Source of the DNA: a virus
Lineage: Duplodnaviria; Caudoviricetes
DNA length: 64,000 bases
Strand: one strand, 5' to 3'
IMG/VR virus record: IMGVR_UViG_3300021255_001366
Span: 1 to 64,000 of that record
Below, piece by piece: positions 1-9,340 of this stretch. The notes beneath the pieces were generated by a model. The model was not told where the DNA came from. It did not search any database and worked only from the letters and a program-made list of their open reading frames with translations. A program made the translations under genes and the position numbers. Within the stretch, counting starts at the first letter, position 1. Each line of letters opens with the position of its first letter.

Positions 1-47
1 TATTATGTGCGGATGAACAGACCGAATGGATTCCTGTAAGTGAAAGG

Positions 48-248
48 TTGCCAAAGCCGGGTGAATATGTCGGTGATGTCGCAAAATATTACCTTGTGCA
101 AAATGAGTACGGGGATATGATGGTTGCAAGATATACTCATAGTGAGTATTGGGAGCAGATATATCAACTAACGCCTATCGCAGATGAAATCGTAGCATGG
201 CGTGAGTTACCACAGCCTTACAAGGCAGAAAGTGAGGATAAGGAATGA
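48..248 (+). CDS. Small phage protein, DUF551-like (true start probably upstream of window)
   Basis: EWIPVSERLP upstream in frame and IVAWRELPQPY C-terminal motif. Confidence 0.6.
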   Translation: MPKPGEYVGDVAKYYLVQNEYGDMMVARYTHSEYWEQIYQLTPIADEIVAWRELPQPYKAESEDKE

Positions 249-445
249 CAAGACTTGAAGAAAATAGAATGGTAATTGAGAAAATGACGGAATTATCAAA
301 GCTTAATCCGTCGGGGACGTATGAGGAAATGATGACATTTCAGCTTGGTGCGATTGCCACAATGCTTGCAGAAATATCCAAAAGCCTTGCAATCCTTGCT
401 AACAAGGCAGAAAACGAGCCGCAGGAAAGTGAGGACAAGGAATGA
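245..445 (+). CDS. Hypothetical protein
   Basis: ATGA-coupled to neighbours. Confidence 0.6.
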   Translation: MTRLEENRMVIEKMTELSKLNPSGTYEEMMTFQLGAIATMLAEISKSLAILANKAENEPQESEDKE

Positions 446-843
446 CAAAAGAGGACGCAATCGACATCATCAAAAGTGAATGCTATGTTTTCAATCCATT
501 AAACTTTGACAGATCAACAATGGTAAATACCGCACTTGATATGGCAGTCAAAGCATTAGAGCAAGAGCCTTGTGAGGATGCGGTAAGCAGACAGGCGGTG
601 CTTGATTGTCAGCATTTTATTTATGATGAAACAGGCGAAGAATTAGAAGTAATCCATGCCGAAAGTGTATTAAACTTACCATCCGTCACACCACACCAAA
701 AGACGGGACGGTGGATAAATATTGATGAGACTCACAGTAAATGCGATAGATGTGGAGCAGTATTTGAGATTGCATCGGGAAACGGCGATGTAAATTATTG
801 TCCTAACTGTGGTCAACCAAAGATGCAGGAGGTGGAAGAATGA
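442..843 (+). CDS. Small modular protein with C-terminal Zn ribbon
   Basis: EQEPCEDAVSRQAV, LPSVTP, GRW, CxxC..YCPNCG; paralog of 1286-1681. Confidence 0.75.
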   Translation: MTKEDAIDIIKSECYVFNPLNFDRSTMVNTALDMAVKALEQEPCEDAVSRQAVLDCQHFIYDETGEELEVIHAESVLNLPSVTPHQKTGRWINIDETHSKCDRCGAVFEIASGNGDVNYCPNCGQPKMQEVEE

Positions 844-1094
844 TCGAAGAGAAGTGTGTAAATTGTAAATATTATGTCGGTGATTGTGGCAGACATCATA
901 AGGATTTTGAAGGACATATCAACTATGAAATACCTGCAGAGTATATGTATGACCATGGCTTGTTGACTTGTTTTAAGCCGTCAGAGAAATGTTTAATGAG
1001 AAAACACGAAGAACAAGCGAAAGAATTAGCAAAATATCCGATTGATGTTATCGAAAGAGCATTGGAGATAGCAAAGATGGAGGCGGAAGAATGA
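840..1094 (+). CDS. Hypothetical Cys-containing protein
   Basis: ORF track, coupled start. Confidence 0.6.
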   Translation: MIEEKCVNCKYYVGDCGRHHKDFEGHINYEIPAEYMYDHGLLTCFKPSEKCLMRKHEEQAKELAKYPIDVIERALEIAKMEAEE

Positions 1095-1285
1095 TGGATG
1101 ATGGGGAAAGGTTCTGTAGCAAGTGTAATTGGAATGATTGTGATTGCGGATGTACTTGTCCACCAAACGAAGAAGTGTATCAATGTGTAATGTATATGCA
1201 CTATCATCCAGATGAAGTTAATGAATTTAATAAAGCTATGGAAGAATGGGCAAACAAATCTTTGACAGAAAGTGAGGATGCGTGA
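1091..1285 (+). CDS. Small Cys-rich protein
   Basis: ORF track, coupled start. Confidence 0.6.
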   Translation: MMDDGERFCSKCNWNDCDCGCTCPPNEEVYQCVMYMHYHPDEVNEFNKAMEEWANKSLTESEDA

Positions 1286-1681
1286 ATGACAAAAGAAGAA
1301 GCAATAGAAATACTTGAAGAACGTTGGAGATATTCGAAGACATATAAGTACACAGATGCTAAAATAAGAGAAGCATTTGAAATGGCAATCAAAGCGTTAT
1401 CAGCAGAGCCTTGTGAGGATTGTATAAGCAGAGAAGCCTATATAGAAAGATTTAGAAAATGGGCTTATTCAGAGTATGGACATAAAATGGATGACGGAGC
1501 ACTTGCAATAAGAGTAGCAATGTCATTACCATCCGTCACACCACAGCCGAAGATGGGGCGGTGGATAATGGATTCGTACAGTAATGTTTGCGAATGCTCC
1601 GAGTGTGCCTATGTGATTGATAAAAGCAGAAGAAGGGCATACTGTCCGATGTGCGGTGCGAAGATGGAAAGCGAGGAATGA
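1286..1681 (+). CDS. Small modular protein with C-terminal Zn ribbon
   Basis: AEPCEDCISREA, LPSVTP, GRW, CSEC..YCPMCG; paralog of 442-843. Confidence 0.75.
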   Translation: MTKEEAIEILEERWRYSKTYKYTDAKIREAFEMAIKALSAEPCEDCISREAYIERFRKWAYSEYGHKMDDGALAIRVAMSLPSVTPQPKMGRWIMDSYSNVCECSECAYVIDKSRRRAYCPMCGAKMESEE

Positions 1682-1684
1682 GAA

Positions 1685-2026
1685 ATGACACTAAAAGAAA
1701 TCATAGGTGGATTAAAATTTACAGTTGATATGTTTCTTTTTGATCCGAGTACGGGAGAAACATATACAGAACCAAGAAATGATATGGATAAAACCACTAT
1801 TGACGCTTGCAAAGGTGCAATCAAAGCCTTAGAGCGTTCCGAGAAATTCCAACAGAAAGCGGAAGTCGTTATCTCGCAGCTTAGAGCCGACAGAGATAGG
1901 CTATTAAATGTGCTTAATGAGATACTGGCAGAGATTAACACCTCAAATAGAGGGACTTGTGATTATTTTATAGTAGATAGCATTGAAGAAATAATCGATA
2001 AGTATAAGGCGGAAAACAAGGAGTAA
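1685..2026 (+). CDS. Hypothetical protein
   Basis: ORF track, operon context. Confidence 0.65.
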   Translation: MTLKEIIGGLKFTVDMFLFDPSTGETYTEPRNDMDKTTIDACKGAIKALERSEKFQQKAEVVISQLRADRDRLLNVLNEILAEINTSNRGTCDYFIVDSIEEIIDKYKAENKE

Positions 2027-2079
2027 AAATGAAATTCACATTTGATGCAAACCAAACAGAGTAGAAAAGGAGTTTCACA

Positions 2080-2277
2080 ATGCTAATTAAGGTAATTAAC
2101 ATCGATACTAAAAAGGTTGTGGCGGATTTCCACAATAAAACGTTAGATCATGTGGTTGAATTCATCCGGGAACACAAAAACGACGCACAATGGAGCGAAT
2201 TCAAGGATGCTAATTTAAAACTTAGATGTGAACGTATTGTATGTGAGGATTATGACCTAGACGGAAGGAGGATGTAA
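2080..2277 (+). CDS. Hypothetical protein
   Basis: AGGAG RBS. Confidence 0.6.
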   Translation: MLIKVINIDTKKVVADFHNKTLDHVVEFIREHKNDAQWSEFKDANLKLRCERIVCEDYDLDGRRM

Positions 2278-2279
2278 CA

Positions 2280-2510
2280 ATGGCGAAATTTGAGAAAAAC
2301 GACGTAGTTCAATTTACCGAGAATCATAAATGGTGCGGTTGCTTGGGAATTATAAACGAAGTTAAACAATGCGGTGATGATGTCAGATACATGCTCGGAG
2401 TTCCAGTACCAGAAGGTGGAACGGCTTATATATTTTCGATGGAGAGCGAAGAAGAGTTTGAATATATTGGTGATGCGGTGATGATATTAACGGATAATCA
2501 GGAGGAGTAA
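2280..2510 (+). CDS. Hypothetical protein
   Basis: AGGAGG RBS. Confidence 0.65.
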   Translation: MAKFEKNDVVQFTENHKWCGCLGIINEVKQCGDDVRYMLGVPVPEGGTAYIFSMESEEEFEYIGDAVMILTDNQEE

Positions 2511-2512
2511 TT

Positions 2513-3700
2513 ATGGGCGAAAGAGCATTGGCACATATAGAAAAAATAGCATGGATAAAACCAATTGAAGGGGCTGATAACATCGAAAAGATCGGTGTAC
2601 TTGGATGGGTTCTAATCTCAAAACGCGGGGAGTTTAAAGAAGGAGATAAGTGCTGTTTCTTTGAAATTGACAGTAAATTACCAGAAAAAGAGTGGAGTAA
2701 ATTTCTCGAACCGAAACATTACAAAATTAAGACAATGAAGTTAGGTAAGTTTGGCGTTATTAGCCAGGGATTAGCATTACCGATATCTGATATCCCAGAA
2801 TTAGCTAAGAAAGAATGGAATATTGGAGACGATGTAACAGAATTATTAGGGGTAAAGTACTCTGTTCAAGAGGATAATATCCGTAAAGCAAAAGCAAATC
2901 CGAATGCGAAATATAATGCTATGGCTGCAAGACATCAGAAAATTGCTAAAAAGAAATGGTTTAGATGGTTAATGAAGAAGAAGTGGGGTAAAAAGTTGTT
3001 ATTCTTATTCTTTGGCAAAAAAAAAGATAAACCACTGGGATTTCCTACACAGTTTGAATTTGTACATAAAACAGATGAAACTAGGGTAGAAGCACTTGAT
3101 CAAGACTGGTTGTTTAACTATAAAAAACCACTTATTCAGACACTAAAAGTAGACGGAACATCTGGCACATTTATATTAGAGCGCAAGAAACACAATAAAT
3201 TTGAGTATTATATCTGTTCCAGAAATATTCGTCAGTTCACACCGGATCAGAAAACATACCATAAAGATAATGTTTATTGGGAGGCTGAATTTAAGTATCA
3301 TATTAAAGATTTCTTAATTGGCATGCTTGAAGACAATAAAGAATTAGACTATGTAGCAATTCAAGGTGAAATTGCTGGCGAAGGGATACAAGGAAACCCT
3401 CATAAGTTACAAGGTATTAATTTCTTTGGATTTAATCTTATTGATTCGATTAATGGAAGATGGAATTCAGTACAGGCAAGAGACTGGTGTAAACAGCATG
3501 GTATCCCATGGGTTCCGATTATCAGTGAAGAGTATTATTTACCTGAGACTATGGAAGAATTAAAGCTACAAGCTGATGGCAATTGTGATATTCCTGGTTC
3601 TTCAGGATTAAGAGAAGGTTTTGTTTATAGAGGTATTGATGATCCGATGATTAGTTTTAAGAATGTCAGCAGAAAATATCTTATGAAGCATGATGGGTAA
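2513..3700 (+). CDS. RNA ligase, DRB0094/Rnl family, with N-terminal OB-like domain
   Basis: N-terminal IKPIEGADNIE; motif I KVDGTS; CSRN, QGEIAG, REGFV, SFKNVS. Confidence 0.88.
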   Translation: MGERALAHIEKIAWIKPIEGADNIEKIGVLGWVLISKRGEFKEGDKCCFFEIDSKLPEKEWSKFLEPKHYKIKTMKLGKFGVISQGLALPISDIPELAKKEWNIGDDVTELLGVKYSVQEDNIRKAKANPNAKYNAMAARHQKIAKKKWFRWLMKKKWGKKLLFLFFGKKKDKPLGFPTQFEFVHKTDETRVEALDQDWLFNYKKPLIQTLKVDGTSGTFILERKKHNKFEYYICSRNIRQFTPDQKTYHKDNVYWEAEFKYHIKDFLIGMLEDNKELDYVAIQGEIAGEGIQGNPHKLQGINFFGFNLIDSINGRWNSVQARDWCKQHGIPWVPIISEEYYLPETMEELKLQADGNCDIPGSSGLREGFVYRGIDDPMISFKNVSRKYLMKHDG

Positions 3701-3736
3701 TATATAAATAAAATGAGTCTTTTATTGGAGGGTAAA

Positions 3737-3895
3737 ATGGACGAACATTACATAAAACAAGGAGAAATCTCTGTTCTTCTTCCGTTTGACGAAGAAGAAA
3801 TCTTGAAACCCTTATGGGATAAGGGGTTTGAGACATGCTTAGTAGAAAACCGAGATGGTTGTTTGACATATATAATTATGAAAAAACTACAATGA
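3737..3895 (+). CDS. Small hypothetical protein
   Basis: GGAGG RBS before ATG 3737. Confidence 0.5.
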   Translation: MDEHYIKQGEISVLLPFDEEEILKPLWDKGFETCLVENRDGCLTYIIMKKLQ

Positions 3896-3919
3896 AATCA
3901 GACTTTTATAGGAGGTTAT

Positions 3920-4402
3920 ATGAGTAAATCATTAGACTTTTGTAAGGCAAGAGCTTTGAATCCAGAAACGTCACAATGGAGTAATCGTAATTGGAATGAA
4001 GCACAAGAATTGGATATATCTCCTTTTATAGATAATATTTTGGGAGACATAAGACATTATAAAATATGTGGAAAGTTAGATGATGGAACAGAAGCACAAT
4101 ATAATGTTATTCTTACAATCAATCCAGATGGTGAGTTTGATTATTTTACATCTGATTCATTTCTATCTGACGGGACTTTACTGTTTGAACGAGAGTCAAT
4201 AGATAAACTAATTAATAAGGTTTTAACATTACGAACTTTTAATATAAAATCGGGAATGCCAACAAATGGTTGTGAAATTCATTGGACTGTTGGGAATTTT
4301 GTAATATTACATGAGTACGATGGGGACTGGGTTCCATTAGATAAAAAATGGATGAGATTGAGAACGAGTATATTATTACCGTTAAAGTGTGTTTACGAAT
4401 AG
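3920..4402 (+). CDS. Hypothetical protein
   Basis: AGGAGG RBS. Confidence 0.7.
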   Translation: MSKSLDFCKARALNPETSQWSNRNWNEAQELDISPFIDNILGDIRHYKICGKLDDGTEAQYNVILTINPDGEFDYFTSDSFLSDGTLLFERESIDKLINKVLTLRTFNIKSGMPTNGCEIHWTVGNFVILHEYDGDWVPLDKKWMRLRTSILLPLKCVYE

Positions 4403-4428
4403 AATGAAACTTTTATAGGAGAAAAACA

Positions 4429-4713
4429 ATGAGAATAAAATTTGGGAATAAAGTCATGGAAACAAATTATATTTGTAATCTCGGTGGTCAAAGTAGGTTT
4501 GTAGATGTAATTACTCCTATTGGACATTATGTTATAGATTGCGAAGAACCCAATTATGCCAGTTGGTTAATGACCTTCATGCTTACAAAAGGATATTTTA
4601 ATGCATCTGGAGTAGATTATGATAATAGTGATAATCCAGGTTGGTTTAAATATTGTAAAAACAAAACAGAAGAACAGAAGGTTTTTGGTAAATGGATAAA
4701 CCAAAATGGATAA
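4429..4713 (+). CDS. Hypothetical protein
   Basis: RBS, operon context. Confidence 0.65.
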   Translation: MRIKFGNKVMETNYICNLGGQSRFVDVITPIGHYVIDCEEPNYASWLMTFMLTKGYFNASGVDYDNSDNPGWFKYCKNKTEEQKVFGKWINQNG

Positions 4714-4742
4714 AATAAACTTTTCATAGGAGGAAAAATTAA

Positions 4743-4949
4743 ATGAGCAAATCTGCGTCTGCGGCATCTGCGTTAAAAGAAATATTTAAGAGATTTGAAC
4801 AGAAGAATAATCCTGAGAAGAGAACACATAATGACAACGTAATAGATAAATATAGTTTATTAGTTACTGATAAAACTGGGACAGAGTTTAGAGCTATACC
4901 AGTAGTTTTAATTGATAGTTTTATTAAAGAATATAAAAATATAACTTGA
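4743..4949 (+). CDS. Hypothetical protein
   Basis: AGGAGG RBS. Confidence 0.6.
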   Translation: MSKSASAASALKEIFKRFEQKNNPEKRTHNDNVIDKYSLLVTDKTGTEFRAIPVVLIDSFIKEYKNIT

Positions 4950-4961
4950 TTGGAGAATACT

Positions 4962-5195
4962 ATGTTAAAAGGATTATTTGAGGAAAAAACAGAAATCGAA
5001 TCTGCGTGTCATCTTGATGATGTTGAACTAACAATATATCAGGATGAGATAATAAAGCGTAATTTGGATGGCACTCCGATTGTCAGAGATATTAAATCAA
5101 AAGGTGTAAAATTACATGGCAGCAATGGTGAAACTAAAATTATTGTTAATATCACCGGAGATTTCAAAGTAGCAATTCAGATGGACGAAGAATAA
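4962..5195 (+). CDS. Hypothetical protein
   Basis: GGAG RBS before ATG 4962. Confidence 0.6.
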   Translation: MLKGLFEEKTEIESACHLDDVELTIYQDEIIKRNLDGTPIVRDIKSKGVKLHGSNGETKIIVNITGDFKVAIQMDEE

Positions 5196-5215
5196 AAGTA
5201 CAATTTGAAAGGAGA

Positions 5216-5425
5216 ATGATTATGGACGTAAAAAATTTATCATGGGAACAAATTAAGGAACTTGCAGAGATAGCTATGAAGAATGGGAGTGATTTTTCGC
5301 TAACGTTGTGCGCAGATGGAGATTGTAGTTTAGATATTTCAAAACATGATTATACAATAACACCAATAACTACAACACCAAGTATTACATGGGATAGTGG
5401 TATTAATAACGTGATTCCGTGCTAA
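5216..5425 (+). CDS. Hypothetical protein
   Basis: AAGGAG RBS. Confidence 0.6.
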   Translation: MIMDVKNLSWEQIKELAEIAMKNGSDFSLTLCADGDCSLDISKHDYTITPITTTPSITWDSGINNVIPC

Positions 5426-5455
5426 ATGAAAATGTAATTTTATAGGAGGAATAAA

Positions 5456-5752
5456 ATGGTCAAAGAAATTTGTGATAGTTTTAAATTTGAAAATCGTAAA
5501 GAACCAAACACAAGATATGTTACTTACAAATACAAGACTAATAATGAGAATGATAAAAGAGTGATGAAATTAATAGATGAGTTATTAAATAATGAACAAA
5601 AGAGATGTAATAACTGTATTCATTATCAATCGGATGGAACCTTTTGTGGATATGAATCTCATTCCTGTGATATTCACGGCAATATAGAAGGGTTCGATCA
5701 TCCTCATCATGATGGAGATGGCAGCAAGTGTGAAGATTATAAACGTAAATAA
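5456..5752 (+). CDS. Hypothetical Cys/His-rich protein
   Basis: AGGAGG RBS; CxxC. Confidence 0.65.
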   Translation: MVKEICDSFKFENRKEPNTRYVTYKYKTNNENDKRVMKLIDELLNNEQKRCNNCIHYQSDGTFCGYESHSCDIHGNIEGFDHPHHDGDGSKCEDYKRK

Positions 5753-5784
5753 TTATAAAGCAGACTTTTATAGGAGGTGTAACT

Positions 5785-6111
5785 GTGCGGTTTGAGATAT
5801 GGCAACTTCCGACTGCTAATAAAGCAAAATTCCTTCATTTTGATTGGCTGAAAGAAAAACCGTCTATTTATGACTATGTGATGGTTTATTCTGGAGAAAA
5901 AGAAAATCATCGTGTAGAAATAGAATCATACTTGGAAGATTTGTACGAGATATTCAACGTTAATCATCCTGAAGATTATCATGCCGCATCATTATCAGTA
6001 TCAGATTTGATTTGTTTAATTGATGAGGATAATAGACGTACTTGGTGGTATGTAGATGGTATTGGGTTCAAGAAAGTAAATGGGCTTATTGATGGGTGTG
6101 AGTATGGATAA
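5785..6111 (+). CDS. YodL-domain protein
   Basis: LEDLYEIFNVNHPEDYHAASLSVSDLI...YVDGIGFKK matches the YodL pattern. Confidence 0.8.
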   Translation: MRFEIWQLPTANKAKFLHFDWLKEKPSIYDYVMVYSGEKENHRVEIESYLEDLYEIFNVNHPEDYHAASLSVSDLICLIDEDNRRTWWYVDGIGFKKVNGLIDGCEYG

Positions 6112-6158
6112 ATTTATAGAGTATACGAGGTAAAACAAAGTATAATGGAGGGATTTTT

Positions 6159-6389
6159 ATGGCACAATTAGTTAAAAACAATAGCACTATTCCAATATTA
6201 AATGAGACATGGACGGTGACATTCTATGATCATCTACCGCTTGCATTTGAATCCAAACAAGATGTGGAAAAATATCTTAATGGCGAATTTTCAGAAGCTC
6301 ATGGTTACATGGAATATGAAAGAGTTCCTAATGGTGTAGAACATACTGTATATTATAATATTGAACATGATGATGAAAACAAAGTTTGA
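6159..6389 (+). CDS. Hypothetical protein
   Basis: GGAGG RBS. Confidence 0.6.
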   Translation: MAQLVKNNSTIPILNETWTVTFYDHLPLAFESKQDVEKYLNGEFSEAHGYMEYERVPNGVEHTVYYNIEHDDENKV

Positions 6390-6401
6390 TAGGAGAATAA
6401 T

Positions 6402-6671
6402 ATGGAAAAAGTAGAAGAAAGACAAATTAATTTAAAATTTCATCAGTTTTATTGTGATGAATGTGGAAAGTTTCTTGAAGAAGATTACGAAGATCACAAA
6501 GGACGATATAGAATTCCTGGTAGACTTGATTTAATTCATTTGAGCTATGGAGATCTTTTTGGAGAAAATCAAAATTATGAATATAAAGGTACATTTTGTA
6601 AGGATTGTAGGACTAAAAAGTATAAATGGCTAGGAGAACAATTAGTTAAATTGGGGTTTACTAAAGTTTAA
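6402..6671 (+). CDS. Zn-finger hypothetical protein
   Basis: CDECG...CKDC. Confidence 0.65.
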   Translation: MEKVEERQINLKFHQFYCDECGKFLEEDYEDHKGRYRIPGRLDLIHLSYGDLFGENQNYEYKGTFCKDCRTKKYKWLGEQLVKLGFTKV

Positions 6672-6831
6672 CTTGATGTTGCCGGAGATCAATTGGTATT
6701 TAAGTGCAGAATAAAAGAATAGTTTGATATGTAAACTAAAATGGTTTACAAAAAATGTTAAAGTAATATGTATTAGAGAAGTATGTGCAATAGACAAATA
6801 AATAATTGTTAAGTTTTCAAGTTTAGAAACA

Positions 6832-6860
6832 TTGATTTTTATCACTTCGTATGATAGTAT
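6832..6860 (+). promoter_or_regulatory. Sigma-A-type promoter for the repressor-like operon
   Basis: TTGATT-N17-TAGTAT with TGn extension. Confidence 0.55.
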
Positions 6861-6899
6861 AAGCTTACTAAAGTTGACATATTATCAAATTAAGCGGAG

Positions 6900-8108
6900 G
6901 TGGTAAAAATGTTAAAGGAACGAAAGCAACTAGATGATAGTATTAGAAAAATAATAAAGCAGCTGACTCGAAAAGAAACGGCTGACGTAACAGCTCGTTT
7001 AAAAGACGAGAAAGGTTTTCCGATCTCCTTGGCTTCCGATATATTCTGTTTACGGAAAGATCCATCTGAGTTATCGGCTTTTGAATTATTCTGCGTAACA
7101 AATATAGTTGTAAAAGAACGTATTAAAGAGTATTACAGTCCGGCTGAAATCAAGAGATATGAATCCGAGAAATACTTTGTTGATACAATGAAGTTTCCGT
7201 TAGAATTTGAAATGGTGCAGATTTCCAATGACCAATGGATAGGTAAATTCTCTGCAAAAGAATTAATGAAATTAAGAGAATACCAACTTATCAATTACAA
7301 CACAAACACTCAGAGAATTATGACTTATGTTATTCAGAATGAATCGGTCGATTATAAAATAACCATTAATTATAAAGCGGTTAAGGCAATTAAAGAGTTG
7401 TTAAAGGCTGGTGCGTTTATACCGAATACCATAACATTAAATATCAATGACGACCAGGATACTAACTGTAAATACGAAAATGGCAAACTAATAATCGACA
7501 AGATTGAAGCCTTTGACATCATAGATGGATTCCATCGTTATCTAGCCATGGGAGAACTTCACGATGAAGACAACAATTGGGATTATCCACTTGAGCTTCG
7601 AATAGTTGCATTCTCAGAGAACAAAGCAAAACAAATGATTTTCCAAGAGGATCAGCAAACTCCTATGTCTAAGACGGCATCAAAGAGTCTAAATCAGTAC
7701 AGTTATACTAACGTTATATGCGGAAGATTAAACGAAGATAGTTCGTGTAACCTATCCGGGCAGATTAATAACTACGGATATGTTGACTCAGCAGCCTTGG
7801 CTTCTGCGTTGTCAGTGTCAGACATTAAAGATAAAAAGGAGATGATCGGGTTATGTTCGGAACTTAAGAAGTATATCAATCAAGTAACGGAAGAAGATAC
7901 TTATTATCTTGATCATAAGTGGACAGAAGCCCAAATCTATGTGATGACATACGGATTCTATAAGAAAACAAAGCCTAGTATAATAGTAAAGGCAATGAAG
8001 AATATAGAAACCGCAGAAGAAAAAGCGCACAAAACTAGAATTATTGCAACAAAAAAACTTACAAAAGGTGTGCAAAATCATATAGAGGAGGTGTTGAGAA
8101 ATGTATAA
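6900..8108 (+). CDS. DGQHR/DndB-like (ParB superfamily) protein, similar in type to SPbeta YopQ
   Basis: NTQR, PNTITLN, IIDGFHRY motifs; directly upstream of an integrase-fold protein. Confidence 0.72.
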   Translation: MVKMLKERKQLDDSIRKIIKQLTRKETADVTARLKDEKGFPISLASDIFCLRKDPSELSAFELFCVTNIVVKERIKEYYSPAEIKRYESEKYFVDTMKFPLEFEMVQISNDQWIGKFSAKELMKLREYQLINYNTNTQRIMTYVIQNESVDYKITINYKAVKAIKELLKAGAFIPNTITLNINDDQDTNCKYENGKLIIDKIEAFDIIDGFHRYLAMGELHDEDNNWDYPLELRIVAFSENKAKQMIFQEDQQTPMSKTASKSLNQYSYTNVICGRLNEDSSCNLSGQINNYGYVDSAALASALSVSDIKDKKEMIGLCSELKKYINQVTEEDTYYLDHKWTEAQIYVMTYGFYKKTKPSIIVKAMKNIETAEEKAHKTRIIATKKLTKGVQNHIEEVLRNV

Positions 8109-9036
8109 TGAATCATTTAAGAAGATGTTTCTTAACACAGCCATTGGTAATGAAGATTGGTATATTCCGTGTTTCAACACATTCGAGCCTTATGAAAATG
8201 AATATGGGAAAGACTTAAGCAACTTCAGTACGTCGCAAATACTTGGTGTTTATAAGGCGCAGAATACTACTTCAATAGATTATTTATATAACTTAAATAT
8301 TCGGATGTATAAATATACACAATTTGCGCTAATGCAGAACATTGTTAGAGACGGTCAGAATCATTTCGACGAAATTTCGCAAGACATAATCGTGAAATGT
8401 TTGGATCAGAAGGGGGTAGAAGTATCATTCATATCTAGAGAGCGTTTGAATTCGTTTACGTCGAAGCTGCAGAATCCGATGGATAAGTATATATTCTATG
8501 CATTATACGACGGGTTAAAAGGTAACGATTACGAAGAAATAACAAGTCTTACGGTTGAAGATATTAATGAAAAGAATAAAACCGCAGTGTTGTGTACCGG
8601 AAGAAAAGTATTCGTCAGCCAAGAACTAATAAACATAGCCAAAGAATCTGCGGAAACATATAGATATTATGCTTATATTGTGTCGAACAACACAAATCGT
8701 GATGAGTTTAGTTATGAATTAGTTGGGAGTGGAGCTTGGAAACTTAAAAATAGAAAAGATATGTCTGATTCACAACGTCAAAGGGGACGTGGTGTATACA
8801 GAATTATGCAAAAGTGCTTAGACTACGTATATCAAGATTCAAGCTATATATCCGGGCAGTCGTTGCACGATAGCGGATGTATAGATTATATCAACAGAAT
8901 CGCAAAGCAAAATAATATTTCAGGGGAAGAGGTTTTGTATAGGCAAGATTTGCTTACTAAAGTTGTAAATCAATATAATATTGTACCTCCTCGAAGGAAA
9001 AACTTAATAAGAAAATATGGGGAGTTTCTGGTTTAA
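8101..9036 (+). CDS. Tyrosine-recombinase-fold protein lacking catalytic motifs; candidate master repressor (SPbeta YopR/SroF-like)
   Basis: MYNESFKKMFL start, DKYIFYALYDGLKG..EITSLTVEDI; no HxxR; gene order as in SPbeta yopQ-yopR. Confidence 0.68.
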   Translation: MYNESFKKMFLNTAIGNEDWYIPCFNTFEPYENEYGKDLSNFSTSQILGVYKAQNTTSIDYLYNLNIRMYKYTQFALMQNIVRDGQNHFDEISQDIIVKCLDQKGVEVSFISRERLNSFTSKLQNPMDKYIFYALYDGLKGNDYEEITSLTVEDINEKNKTAVLCTGRKVFVSQELINIAKESAETYRYYAYIVSNNTNRDEFSYELVGSGAWKLKNRKDMSDSQRQRGRGVYRIMQKCLDYVYQDSSYISGQSLHDSGCIDYINRIAKQNNISGEEVLYRQDLLTKVVNQYNIVPPRRKNLIRKYGEFLV

Positions 9037-9066
9037 ACCAGGGACTCCGAGTTTTTTGATAAAGGA

Positions 9067-9107
9067 GTAAAAATGTTATTGACATACAAGATGGTAAGTG
9101 GTATTAT
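9067..9107 (+). promoter_or_regulatory. Strong sigma-A promoter with upstream GTAAAAATG box; drives the RNA cluster
   Basis: TTGACA-N17-TATTAT with TGn. Confidence 0.8.
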
Positions 9108-9174
9108 ACTATTGTGAGTGAGATGCTCTATGCCATACATGACTTGGGTTTGTAGGAGTTGCCTTGAATAACCT

Positions 9175-9320
9175 TCATTTAATCTTACCCGCGAACAGGA
9201 TCCGAGAATAACGGACTGGCGTACAAAATAACAACGGTAGGTATTAAATAATAATAGACTAAAGATAAGGGCGAAATAACTTGTCTTGTGTTCGCGGGTG
9301 TTCCAAACGGGTTTAAATGA
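9175..9320 (+). ncRNA. Candidate structured ncRNA
   Basis: Nested stems TCATTTAA/TTAAATGA and ACCCGCGAACA/TGTTCGCGGGT; no + strand ORF; follows strong promoter. Confidence 0.5.
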
Positions 9321-9340
9321 GTTACCGTGAATAACATTAT

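Noticed and set aside
6900-8108. Dnd phosphorothioation system
   Set aside because: No dndC/D/E; context fits a repressor module
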